Source: Clostridia bacterium | GTDB lineage: Bacteria > Bacillota > Clostridia > Oscillospirales > CAG-272 | DNA length: 64,000 nt | Direction of reading: 5' to 3' | NCBI GenBank assembly: GCA_017399145.1 | Contig: JAFQEG010000030.1 | Span: forward strand, 17,529 to 81,528 | Shown: one piece after another, positions 17,552 to 26,308 of the stretch | Layout of the letters: each line of letters opens with the position of its first letter | Numbering within the stretch: position 1 is the stretch's first letter | The notes under the pieces: generated by a model | The model's input: the letters and a program-made list of their open reading frames with translations, nothing else | The model's database searches: none | Told to the model about the DNA's origin: nothing | Program-made: the position numbers and the translations under genes

Positions 17552-17680
17552 TTAAAGTTAGGATTTTTAACCATTTTCGACCTTTTGCACAAATATTTAA
17601 CACAATTTCAAATTTTGCACTTTTGAATTTTGTGCATTTTGTCTACATTTTAAATTTGTAAGGCTATAATATATATAAAG

Positions 17681-18403
17681 TTAACCTAGTGTTGCTTTTT
17701 TTGCAACCTTGCGTAGCTTCTTAATTATCTCCTCGCTCGTGTCCTTTGGTGCATAGGTTACGTCCTCGGGATTTTTGCCTGTAAAATAAGCGTACATTAC
17801 AAGCCCTGCAAGGTATCTTCCGTAGTCAAGGGACAAATGGAAGCCGTCACGATTGATATTAAGAGGTCCACCTTGAGAAAACTCCGGTAGCTGTCTTGCC
17901 ATTTCAACCGCTACTCCGTTTGGAATTACGTCAAAGCCATATTTTTCTGCTATTTTATTTGTTGTCTCAACTATTGCCTTGTACATTTTCTCTCGTGAAT
18001 TTTCGTAGAAGGCAAAGCCGAAGTGGGTGCTTTGGTCGTCGTACGCCCACGTTTGGTGGAAAACTATTTTTGCCTTTGGGCAATTTTCTTTCAAGAATTC
18101 TACTATATTGCCAAGAAACGGCTCGTAGCTTTCTATAAGTCCTGATTGCTGACTAACCTGCTGTACTGTTACGTAGTCCCATTTTCTCTTGGTTAGCGCG
18201 TCGTTTATTGAGGTCATTTTTAGCAATCTACCATTCTTTTGGTACTCATAATCCGGGCTTGCGGTTTTTATATTATTCCAGTGTGTCTCAAGTGAGCAAC
18301 CACCGATATATAGGTTTCTTACAAAGATTTCGTCGTCTGAAATTTGGTGCAGATATCTTGTTGCATCCTCTGAAAAGCTATTGCCTATGCATAAAACGTT
18401 CAT
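17681..18403 (-). CDS. DUF4886 / SGNH-hydrolase-like protein
   Basis: N-terminus VLCIGNSFSEDATRYL and C-terminal NRDGFHLS, as in the DUF4886 family. The RBS AAAGGAG lies in the end of the upstream gene. Confidence 0.7.
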   Translation of the reverse strand: MNVLCIGNSFSEDATRYLHQISDDEIFVRNLYIGGCSLETHWNNIKTASPDYEYQKNGRLLKMTSINDALTKRKWDYVTVQQVSQQSGLIESYEPFLGNIVEFLKENCPKAKIVFHQTWAYDDQSTHFGFAFYENSREKMYKAIVETTNKIAEKYGFDVIPNGVAVEMARQLPEFSQGGPLNINRDGFHLSLDYGRYLAGLVMYAYFTGKNPEDVTYAPKDTSEEIIKKLRKVAKKATLG

Positions 18404-18405
18404 TT

Positions 18406-19371
18406 TTATTCTCCTTTAGGGTTGTAATATATTCCTTGGTAGGTGCTTCGTTTGTAAAGCTCCTTATCAATATCATTTAAGATTGTGACCTTTTTCTTAC
18501 TCCACAGAGGGGCTAAAAGCTCACTTGCTATTCCGTCGCCCGTTAGTCTTTCAAGAACTGTATCAGGTGGTAAAAGCTCAATTTGGTCGCATACTATTTT
18601 GATATAATCCTCTCTTGTGAGTGGAGTGTACTTGCCCATTTTGTACATTTTTGCAAGAGGGGTGCCCTCTAGCACGTGTAGAAGGTGGATTTTTACTATA
18701 TCAGGGTGTAAAATTGCGACACTCTGTGCGGTTTTTTTCATATTTTTCTCGGTTTCTGTTGGTAAGCCGTTGATTATATGAATACAGATTTTTACCCTTG
18801 GCGCAAGTCTTCTTATTCGATAAAAGCAATCGACAAATTCCTCGTAGGTGTGGCATCTGTTAATTAGACTTGCGGTTTTATCGTTACTTGTTTGGAGTCC
18901 TAGCTCAACTGTTACTGGGATTTTTTGTGACAGGGTGTTTAATATTTCAAGCTTTTCGTTTTCAAGACAGTCGGCACGGGTGGCTATTGATACCATCACT
19001 GCACCCTCAAAATTAGACACTTCCTCAAGGATTTTTGCAAAATTCTCTGCCGAGGTATAGGAATTTGTGTAAGCCTGTAAATATGGAATGAAGCTATCTA
19101 TATCCCATTTTCGCTTCATTATTTCAATGCCCTCTTGGTACTGTAATTTGGCTGATTTTAGACTATCAACATTTCTTGCAAAGCTACCACCTGAGCAATA
19201 AATACAGCCACCTGTACCCTTAGACCCGTCTATATTTGGACAGGTAAAGCCTAGGTCAAGGGTGATTTTTGCACATTTTTTACCAAAGGTGCTTTTTAGG
19301 AAATAATCGTAGGTATAGTATCGCTTATTCGTATTAGAATACTTGTATGGATTCTTCTCTGTCTGTGACAA
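18406..19371 (-). CDS. TIGR01212-family radical SAM protein
   Basis: CPNIDGSKGTGGCIYCS cluster typical of the TIGR01212/YtqA family. TTG start with a GGGGTGG RBS. 321 aa. Confidence 0.8.
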   Translation of the reverse strand: MSQTEKNPYKYSNTNKRYYTYDYFLKSTFGKKCAKITLDLGFTCPNIDGSKGTGGCIYCSGGSFARNVDSLKSAKLQYQEGIEIMKRKWDIDSFIPYLQAYTNSYTSAENFAKILEEVSNFEGAVMVSIATRADCLENEKLEILNTLSQKIPVTVELGLQTSNDKTASLINRCHTYEEFVDCFYRIRRLAPRVKICIHIINGLPTETEKNMKKTAQSVAILHPDIVKIHLLHVLEGTPLAKMYKMGKYTPLTREDYIKIVCDQIELLPPDTVLERLTGDGIASELLAPLWSKKKVTILNDIDKELYKRSTYQGIYYNPKGE

Positions 19372-19458
19372 GTAACCACCCCTTTCTTAGAATTTTAACA
19401 CTATTATTCTACTATATTTTTTCTCTTATTTCAACTACTATTTAAATTTAAAAAGGTC

Positions 19459-19487
19459 TTGACAAACTCCTTTTCATAGTGTATAAT
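19459..19487 (+). promoter_or_regulatory. promoter of tRNA-Thr
   Basis: TTGACA (19459-19464), 17-nt spacer, TATAAT (19482-19487), 11 nt before the tRNA 5' end. Confidence 0.75.
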
Positions 19488-19498
19488 AGTTTCGCTAT

Positions 19499-19574
19499 GC
19501 TACTATGGCTCAGTTGGTAGAGCACATCCTTGGTAAGGATGAGGTCGCCAGTTCGATTCTGGCTAGTAGCTCCA
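19499..19574 (+). tRNA. tRNA-Thr (anticodon GGT), CCA encoded
   Basis: GCTACTATGGCTCAGTTGGTAGAGCACATCCTTGGTAAGGATGAGGTCGCCAGTTCGATTCTGGCTAGTAGCTCCA. Acceptor is GCTACTA/TAGTAGC, anticodon loop TTGGTAA, T-loop TTCGATT. Confidence 0.9.
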
Positions 19575-19575
19575 G

Positions 19576-19605
19576 AAAAACGACAGGTTAAGCCTGTCGT
19601 TTTTC
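19576..19605 (+). terminator. terminator of tRNA-Thr
   Basis: AAACGACAGG-ttaag-CCTGTCGTTT followed by TT. Confidence 0.75.
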
Positions 19606-19606
19606 A

Positions 19607-19868
19607 ATTAAATCCGTCGCAACGGGTTAAATCCCACTGACGTGGGATGAAATCACTACGTGATGAAGTCCGCCTTCGTCGGGTTGTAGATAGACGGATT
19701 TGATTTCATCTGAGTTGCAAACGAAGATTTCATCCAAGTGTGCTTGGATTTCATCGTGCTTTTGCACGATTTCATTCTACTATATATCATCAACCGAGGG
19801 TTGTATCCTCTCTCGCTGTGATGATAGACAATTTCTGCGAAATTGGTGATATACAAGGCTTTGCCTTG
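19607..19868. repeat. mini-hairpin/linker array B (GATGAAATC-type, then GATGATATAC-type linkers), compound palindrome
   Basis: Plus-sense linkers are TTAAATC 19608, GTTAAAT 19626, ATGAAATC 19647 and ATGAAGTC 19663. Minus-sense linkers are GATTTCATC 19702, GATTTCATC 19726, ATTTCATC 19748 and ATTTCAT 19769. These are followed by ATATCATCA 19783, GATGATAGAC 19820 and GGTGATATAC 19845. Hairpins between them are CCGTcgcaACGG, CCCACtgacGTGGG, CACtacGTG, CCAAGtgtgCTTGG, CGTGCttttGCACG, AATTTCtgcGAAATT and AAGGCtttGCCTT. Confidence 0.8.
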
Positions 19869-19879
19869 ATTTTTTAATT

Positions 19880-19912
19880 AAAAAAGTGCTTGGAAAATCC
19901 AAGCACTTTTTT
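19880..19912 (-). terminator. terminator of the LRR gene
   Basis: AGTGCTTGG-aaaat-CCAAGCACT (19885-19907) flanked by A and T runs, 2 nt after the stop. Confidence 0.75.
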
Positions 19913-19913
19913 G

Positions 19914-22900
19914 TTATTCTTCCACTCGGTAGTTGAATATCCTTTCTGCCCTATAAAGCTCATCCTCGGCACAGTTTACATCGACTATCCATTGTTTCTC
20001 TGTGCCTGCATAATACATCTTTTCTACGCCTGAATCTAGGAATGCGTATGGGTGAATTGTCTCGAGGCCTATTCCAAAATAGACTGTTTTCAGGTTTGTA
20101 CAGTTTCTAAACGCTGATGGGCCTATACTTGAAACTGAGTTACCTATTACTACCACTTGTAGCTTTTCATTACCACGGAAAGCATCACCAGCTATGGTTT
20201 TAACTGTTGATGGGATTACGTATTTACTGTCAAGCTTTGCTGGCGGGTATGCTATAAGCGTAGTCATATCCTTTTTAAATACTACTCCATCAATGCTACA
20301 TAGATACGGGTGATCCTGTGCTACAAAAAATTCCGATAATCCAAAGCAACCTGCTAGTGACCAATTGGAAACTCCTGTAAGCGTTGCAGGGATTGTCATA
20401 GCGCTTATATTGTAGCATCCCCAAAATGCATCGTTACCAAGGACACGGGTTGTGCTTGGGAAATCAATTCCTCTTAATTCTGTACAAAACCAAAAGGCAC
20501 CCATGTCAATCCATTCAAGTCCCTCATTGAGATTAATGGTTAGTAGATTGCTACAATTTGAAAAGGCATAGTTCTCGATTGAGAAAACAGTATCAGGCAA
20601 AGTTACATACAGAATGCTTTTGTTGTCCGCAAAGGAATATGGCCCAACTATCTCAGTACCACTTGGCACTATGTAGGTGCTACCTTCCTTCTTTGGTGGG
20701 TATCTTACTAGCCTACCTTCACTATCAAATAAAACGCCATCTATACTATAAAAGGCTTCACTTGTTTCGTCAACCGATATACTTTCTAGGTTTGATTGAG
20801 AAAACGCCTCATAGTTAATTGTAGTTGTTGTGCTTGGAATTGTAACAGTTTTAAAGCCTACCTTACTAAACGCATATTCTTGAATTGTCTTAAGGCTTTC
20901 ACCTAGGTTTACATTTTCTAAGCCTGTACAATTGCTAAAGGCGTACTCGCTAATAAAGGCTGTACCATCTAGGGTTACGTTTTTAATATTGATACAATTC
21001 TCGAAATATCTAGTTGGCACGCTTGAGGCACCATATACCACGGTTGTTAGCTTATCTGGAATATAGAAGCCATAGTACATAGGATTGTACTTGCTGTCAT
21101 CATAGCATTGAAGGGTTTTTGTTGAACCATCAAATTTCTCCTCTCCGAATAGATATCCAAAGTATCTAGTTTTAAGAATATCCTCATCGCCTTCATAGTA
21201 AGTGTTAATTTTTTCTAAGTTGTAGCATCCCGACAGAATTGCCTCGCCTAGTGAGGTTATATCCTTAGACACTGTATATTCCTTTACAGCGGTACAGCCC
21301 TTAAAGGCATAATTTCCAATAGTCATAACTCCCTGTATGTCTAGGTTTTCCATTGAAGTGCAATTCAAAAATGCGTAATCCTTAATTTCGTAGACGCTAT
21401 TTGCCACTAGGGTGGTTAAAGAATTACAATTTGCAAAGGCATAGCTACCTATACTATCAATTGTTTCCACTATTGAAAATTCCTTTAGCTTAATACAGCC
21501 TGAGAATGAATTATTATGGATTACGATATCCTTGTAAGGTATGTAGCCATTTGCGCTTACCTTTACAAGCGAGGTGCAGTTTTCAAAGGCATTTGCACCA
21601 AATTCAGCCACTGCTCCGGCTATTTCTACATTTTCTAGTGCTTTACACTCTGCAAATGCATAGCTACCGATAGTTGTATCTTTGACTGGTAAGGATATAC
21701 CCTTTAGGCTAGTACAGTTATAGAATGCGTAGTCCTTAAATACCTCTACGCCCTTAGGTGTTGATAGCTGTACAAGGCTAGTACAGTTTTCAAAGGCACT
21801 CTTGCCTATACTATTTACCATTGTGCTAAAGGATACGCTTTCAAGTCCTGTACAATTACGGAAGGCACCCTCGCCAACCTCGCTAAGATATTGTGGTAGA
21901 CTTACGGTCTTTATTCCTACTATGCCCTCAAAGGCATATTTGTGAATGCTTGTACAAGTGCTACCCTCTTCAAAGGTAAGGCTTGTTAGCTTAGGTGCGT
22001 TTTCATTTTGCTGATATTCAGGTCTAAACAGATAGTTAGGTATTTCTTTTGCCGCTGTACCTATTATCAATGACGTGCCCTCTGTGTCAGCACCTGCACG
22101 ATAGAATATTTTGTTGCTTTCCTCCAAGCTATCATTTACTATGGTATGCACAATATTATAGTTGATTTTTGATAGCTTGGTTGTACCATAAAAGGCTTCA
22201 TAGTCTATGTGTACACTTTTTCCACCAAGGGTCAATTCCTCAATTGAAGCACAATTCTTGAAGGCTTTCTCGCCAATTGATGAAATATCATTGTCTAATG
22301 TAACCCTCTTCAAATAGATGTTATTCTCGAAGGCGTGATTGCTTATTAATGTTATGCCCTGTGGAAGGGTAAAGTCCTCATTTTTTCTGTCCTGTGGGTA
22401 GCAAATTAGGATTTCGCCTTTTATTAATGCGCCGTTATCTACCCTAAGTACTGAGTTTTCTTCGTCAACTATTATTTCCTCTAGCAAGCTACAACCATTA
22501 AAGCTAGTTGGAGATACCACAGTAAGTGAAGATGGCAATTTAATTGTGGAAATAGCGGTGCCTGTAAAGGCATACTCGTCTATTTCATTAAGTCCCTCGT
22601 TTAGGCTTATAGAGTTAAAGCCACAATTATAAAATGCATAGCCATAGATTTTAACTGTGCTTGGTGATAAATTCACCTCGGTCAATGCTGTACAATTATA
22701 AAAGGCTTTCTCTTTTACCGCTTGGACTTCGTTTGGTATTTGAATTTTCTTTAGTCCTGTACAGTTTTTAAACACACCTGCACCAAGTACTCTAACTCCC
22801 GTTGGAATTGTTATTTTTTCAATTCCAACACAGTCTGCAAAGGCTTCATCACCGATAGACGTAATATCACTAGGAAGAATTATTTCCGTTAGGCTACCAC

Positions 22901-25565
22901 AGCCGGAAAATGCGCCCTGTAATATATTTCCACCTGTTACGGTTACAGATTTTAGGTTGCTTGGTAGGTAATATTCGCTAGTTACTATCTTTCCGTTTTT
23001 TTTGTAGGTTTGCACAGCTAGTATTGCGTTGTTTAGCCCAGCTAAGTCAAAGATAAAGCCGAAGGGGTATTGAGTAGAACTATCCTCCTCACTTCGAGAA
23101 TTGCCTATGAACGGAATAGTTATTTTTTCAAGACTTGGACAGCTTGAAAAGGCACCTGCGCCGATTTTTTCAACTGAGTCTGGTACAATAATTTCACTAA
23201 TTCCCATGCAATAGGAAAAGGTGCTTGCACCGATTGTCTTAAGGTTGCTTGGTAGCTGTATTTTTGTAAGGCCCTCACAGTATAAAAATGCCCTGTCACC
23301 AATTGTTGTAACTGTTTCGGGTATGGTTATCTCCTCAAGCTCCGTGCAACGACCGAATGCCCATTCGTCGATTATGACTGTACCTGTTGGTATTTCTATG
23401 GTTTTGATTTTTTTACACTTGAAAAACGCGTTTTCGCCAATTTGTGTAATGGTTTGAGGTAAAATAACCTCTTCAAGATTGCCACAATTTGCAAAGGCAC
23501 CACCTAGGATATCGCCACCTGTAATGGTTATCCTAGTTAGTCCATTTGGTATATAGGCATGGTATTCGGTTTCTTTGCCATATTGGTCTACGTAGGGTTG
23601 CTTAGTTAGGCTTGTGCCCTCACACTCCTCATTTCCAAATATATAGCCTAGAGGGTATTGGGCTTTGTCGGTTGGCGATTTTATCTCATCACCTATAAAT
23701 GGAAGGGTTATTTCCTTAATTGCAATGCAATTTGCAAAGGCACCCTTTCCTATTTTGGTAACTGTGCTTGGGACTGTTATTTTCTCAATTTTTGAGCAAT
23801 TTTGTAGCGCGTTGATTCCAATTTGGTCAAGGCTAGGTGGAAATTCTATTCCCGTTAATTCAACGCAATTTGCAAAGGCACTCTCGTCTATTTTTGTAAT
23901 TGTTTTAGGAAGGATGATTTCCTTAAGGCTAACACAATCCTTAAATGCATTTTTTGGTATTTCTTCGCCACTATTTATTAGGACATTTTCCACACAGGTA
24001 AGGGTAAATTTATCCAGGTGATTAACTGGTGTGGTTAGTCTTTTAAGATTGGTTGCTTGTCTAAATGTGCACATTTCTATTTGACTAAGCTGAGGTGGAA
24101 TTATGATTTCCTCAATGCCTCTACATGCTGAAAATGGGTCATTTAAGACTTGTATGCTACTAGGTAGGTCTAATTTTGTAATAGAGGTACATGCAAAAAA
24201 TGCAAGTCTTCCAATGGTTTCAAGTCCATTTGGTAGAGTTACGTCTGTAAGTGCCTCGCACCAGCGAAATGCCTCCTCTTGAATTTCAACAAGTCCTTGT
24301 CCTAGAATAGCTGTTTTAAGAGATTTACAATTATGGAATAGTCTTTTTGGTATTATTCTTAGACTACTTAGGTCTGCCTCTGTAATTAATTCACAATATT
24401 CAAATGCACTCTGTCCTATTTCGGTTACATTTGCAAGAGAAGGTATATTGACAAGCTTTTTACAGTCATAAAACGATCTTTCGCCTATTTTTTCAACTGT
24501 TGCTTCTACTGTTGTCAATTCGCTACAATTTATAAACGCCTCGTCCTCTATGGTTGTGATTGTTTTAGGCAAGGTTATACTCTCTAAAAACCTACATTCA
24601 CGGAATACAAATGGGTTGATTTTAGACACAGGGTAGGACTTTTCCTCAATTTCAATGCTTTCAGGAATGGCAAAGGTCTTAGCCTCGCTTACATAGCCTA
24701 CCACTTCTGCCTCTTGTCCATTTACATAATATTGAAGGTTATCAATTATTATCGTGTTGCTAGGGGTTATACCAAATACCACGGGGCAATTGGCTGAATT
24801 CCAATTTTCGTGAAGGGTGATTTGGCTTTGGTCCTGCGCTTCAAAATAAATTGTTGTACCACTACAATAAGAAAATGCGTCCGTTACTATTTCTGTAATA
24901 GTTTTAGGTATAATCATTTTCTTTATGCCTGTATTATTTATCAAGGCTTGATTGATTACCGTAACACTGCTTGGAATGGTGAGTGAACAAAGGGCTTCAC
25001 AGCCTGCAAAGGCATAGCTTCCTATTTCTGTCACGTTATTGTGTATTATAACCTCTGTTACACTCTTACAGTCACCAAAGGCATACTCACCAATTGACGT
25101 TACGTGACTTGGAATTTCTATTTTAGTTATGCCGTTGCACCCTGAAAAACAGCCATTTGGAATTGTGGTAATAGCCTTAGGTATGTTATATTCCTCAAGC
25201 AAGGTGCATCCACGAAATGCGTAACCGCCTATGCTTGTTACGCTTTCTGGTATTTGTATTTTCTTTAAGCTCTCACAGTCAGAAAAGGCTATTTCACCAA
25301 TAGACACAAGCGTACTTGGAAGAGTAATTTCTTCCATTTTTGACCAAGAAAATGCGCCTCGTCCTATATGGGTAACATCCTCGGGGACTACTAGAATTTT
25401 TTTGTCCGTATTTTTTAGCCCTGTTATTGTAATAGTGCCGTTTTCCTCAATATATTCAAAATCGGAAAGGTCTTCCCTTTCCTCATTTTCTGGTGCTTGG
25501 TTACATCCTACAAGGGTTAAGACTAAGATGAGCGCAAGGACAATGCCTACTATCCATTTTCTCAT
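19914..25565 (-). CDS. giant BspA-type leucine-rich-repeat (LRR_5) surface lipoprotein, 1883 aa
   Basis: Lipobox LTLVGCNQ. Nearly the whole length consists of repeats of about 23-25 aa such as IPxSVTxIGxxAFxxCxxL. RBS is AAAGGAG. Confidence 0.85.
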   Translation of the reverse strand: MRKWIVGIVLALILVLTLVGCNQAPENEEREDLSDFEYIEENGTITITGLKNTDKKILVVPEDVTHIGRGAFSWSKMEEITLPSTLVSIGEIAFSDCESLKKIQIPESVTSIGGYAFRGCTLLEEYNIPKAITTIPNGCFSGCNGITKIEIPSHVTSIGEYAFGDCKSVTEVIIHNNVTEIGSYAFAGCEALCSLTIPSSVTVINQALINNTGIKKMIIPKTITEIVTDAFSYCSGTTIYFEAQDQSQITLHENWNSANCPVVFGITPSNTIIIDNLQYYVNGQEAEVVGYVSEAKTFAIPESIEIEEKSYPVSKINPFVFRECRFLESITLPKTITTIEDEAFINCSELTTVEATVEKIGERSFYDCKKLVNIPSLANVTEIGQSAFEYCELITEADLSSLRIIPKRLFHNCKSLKTAILGQGLVEIQEEAFRWCEALTDVTLPNGLETIGRLAFFACTSITKLDLPSSIQVLNDPFSACRGIEEIIIPPQLSQIEMCTFRQATNLKRLTTPVNHLDKFTLTCVENVLINSGEEIPKNAFKDCVSLKEIILPKTITKIDESAFANCVELTGIEFPPSLDQIGINALQNCSKIEKITVPSTVTKIGKGAFANCIAIKEITLPFIGDEIKSPTDKAQYPLGYIFGNEECEGTSLTKQPYVDQYGKETEYHAYIPNGLTRITITGGDILGGAFANCGNLEEVILPQTITQIGENAFFKCKKIKTIEIPTGTVIIDEWAFGRCTELEEITIPETVTTIGDRAFLYCEGLTKIQLPSNLKTIGASTFSYCMGISEIIVPDSVEKIGAGAFSSCPSLEKITIPFIGNSRSEEDSSTQYPFGFIFDLAGLNNAILAVQTYKKNGKIVTSEYYLPSNLKSVTVTGGNILQGAFSGCGSLTEIILPSDITSIGDEAFADCVGIEKITIPTGVRVLGAGVFKNCTGLKKIQIPNEVQAVKEKAFYNCTALTEVNLSPSTVKIYGYAFYNCGFNSISLNEGLNEIDEYAFTGTAISTIKLPSSLTVVSPTSFNGCSLLEEIIVDEENSVLRVDNGALIKGEILICYPQDRKNEDFTLPQGITLISNHAFENNIYLKRVTLDNDISSIGEKAFKNCASIEELTLGGKSVHIDYEAFYGTTKLSKINYNIVHTIVNDSLEESNKIFYRAGADTEGTSLIIGTAAKEIPNYLFRPEYQQNENAPKLTSLTFEEGSTCTSIHKYAFEGIVGIKTVSLPQYLSEVGEGAFRNCTGLESVSFSTMVNSIGKSAFENCTSLVQLSTPKGVEVFKDYAFYNCTSLKGISLPVKDTTIGSYAFAECKALENVEIAGAVAEFGANAFENCTSLVKVSANGYIPYKDIVIHNNSFSGCIKLKEFSIVETIDSIGSYAFANCNSLTTLVANSVYEIKDYAFLNCTSMENLDIQGVMTIGNYAFKGCTAVKEYTVSKDITSLGEAILSGCYNLEKINTYYEGDEDILKTRYFGYLFGEEKFDGSTKTLQCYDDSKYNPMYYGFYIPDKLTTVVYGASSVPTRYFENCINIKNVTLDGTAFISEYAFSNCTGLENVNLGESLKTIQEYAFSKVGFKTVTIPSTTTTINYEAFSQSNLESISVDETSEAFYSIDGVLFDSEGRLVRYPPKKEGSTYIVPSGTEIVGPYSFADNKSILYVTLPDTVFSIENYAFSNCSNLLTINLNEGLEWIDMGAFWFCTELRGIDFPSTTRVLGNDAFWGCYNISAMTIPATLTGVSNWSLAGCFGLSEFFVAQDHPYLCSIDGVVFKKDMTTLIAYPPAKLDSKYVIPSTVKTIAGDAFRGNEKLQVVVIGNSVSSIGPSAFRNCTNLKTVYFGIGLETIHPYAFLDSGVEKMYYAGTEKQWIVDVNCAEDELYRAERIFNYRVEE

Positions 25566-25588
25566 AATGATTTCTCCTTTTTGACAAT

Positions 25589-25615
25589 AAAAGGCTCGTT
25601 TTCAACGAGCCTTTA
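25589..25615 (-). terminator. stem-loop after the MGS-like gene
   Basis: AAGGCTCGTT-ttc-AACGAGCCTT (25591-25613). Confidence 0.55.
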
Positions 25616-25649
25616 TTATTATTTATTTGCCCTTTATTAGGCTCTTTTT

Positions 25650-26114
25650 CTAATATCTGTTTTCTCTTTTCTTGCGTAGGTTGTACTCGGAGCGAGGGTT
25701 GATAATTTCACGATAATCAAGGTCGCCACGCTCGAGGGCAGTAACTATTGTTTCAGCTGTTGCGATATTAGTAGCTAGTAAAACGTTGTGCACGTCGCAA
25801 AGCCTTAGTAGATTTTGCTCAACCATATAATGCTTATTTGACACAAGGTCGTTTTGTGGTGTTGTAGGACGGAAGTAGAAAAGAATATCTATTTCGTCAA
25901 AGGAAATTCTTGAGGCAATTTGCTGTTCTCCACCAAGCTCACCTGAAAGAAGCTTCTCTATCTTTAAGCCTGTTGCCTCTGAAATATAAGAGCCTGTTGT
26001 GCTTGTGGCACAAATTGAGTGCTTGCTCAAAATACCACAGTATGCAATACAAAACTGTGTTATTAGCTCCTTTTTGGTATCATCTGCAATAATTGCAATT
26101 TCCAAGGGTAACAC
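25650..26114 (-). CDS. methylglyoxal synthase-like (MGS-like domain) protein, catalytic residues apparently substituted
   Basis: Colinear with MgsA: ATSTTGSYISEATGL, LSGELGGEQQIAS, LLRLCDVHNVLLATN. It has AIIADDTKK where MgsA has AHDxxK, GGEQQ where MgsA has GGDQQ, and no PHxPD segment. Confidence 0.7.
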   Translation of the reverse strand: MLPLEIAIIADDTKKELITQFCIAYCGILSKHSICATSTTGSYISEATGLKIEKLLSGELGGEQQIASRISFDEIDILFYFRPTTPQNDLVSNKHYMVEQNLLRLCDVHNVLLATNIATAETIVTALERGDLDYREIINPRSEYNLRKKRENRY

Positions 26115-26145
26115 CTCCTTAGTGTAGTAACTACTCTTCCTTATT

Positions 26146-26175
26146 ATAATACCACACTTGAATGCATTTTGTCAA
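26146..26175 (-). promoter_or_regulatory. candidate promoter of the MGS-like gene
   Basis: On the minus strand: TTGACA (26175-26170), 18-nt spacer, TATTAT (26151-26146). Confidence 0.45.
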
Positions 26176-26308
26176 TGTTTTGAATATCAATTTTTAATAT
26201 TTTTGCACAAAAAATTTTGTTTTATTCCCTCTTTTCAAGGGTCTATTTGTTAAGTTGCACAAAAATCTGTGAATTTTTTTAGTAATAAGTTACTAACACA
26301 TTTCAGGT

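Noticed and set aside
19656-19856. Track ORF of 66 aa on the minus strand with recurring MKS.
   Set aside because: MKS is the translation of the ATGAAATC linker. The ORF lies wholly inside array B and has no RBS.
12395-25565. A genomic island integrated at a tRNA, suggested by tRNA-Arg and tRNA-Thr flanking surface-protein genes.
   Set aside because: There is no integrase, no direct repeat of a tRNA 3' end and no mobility genes. The block also contains ordinary genes (TIGR01212, DUF4886). It may be accessory, but I cannot support calling it a mobile element.
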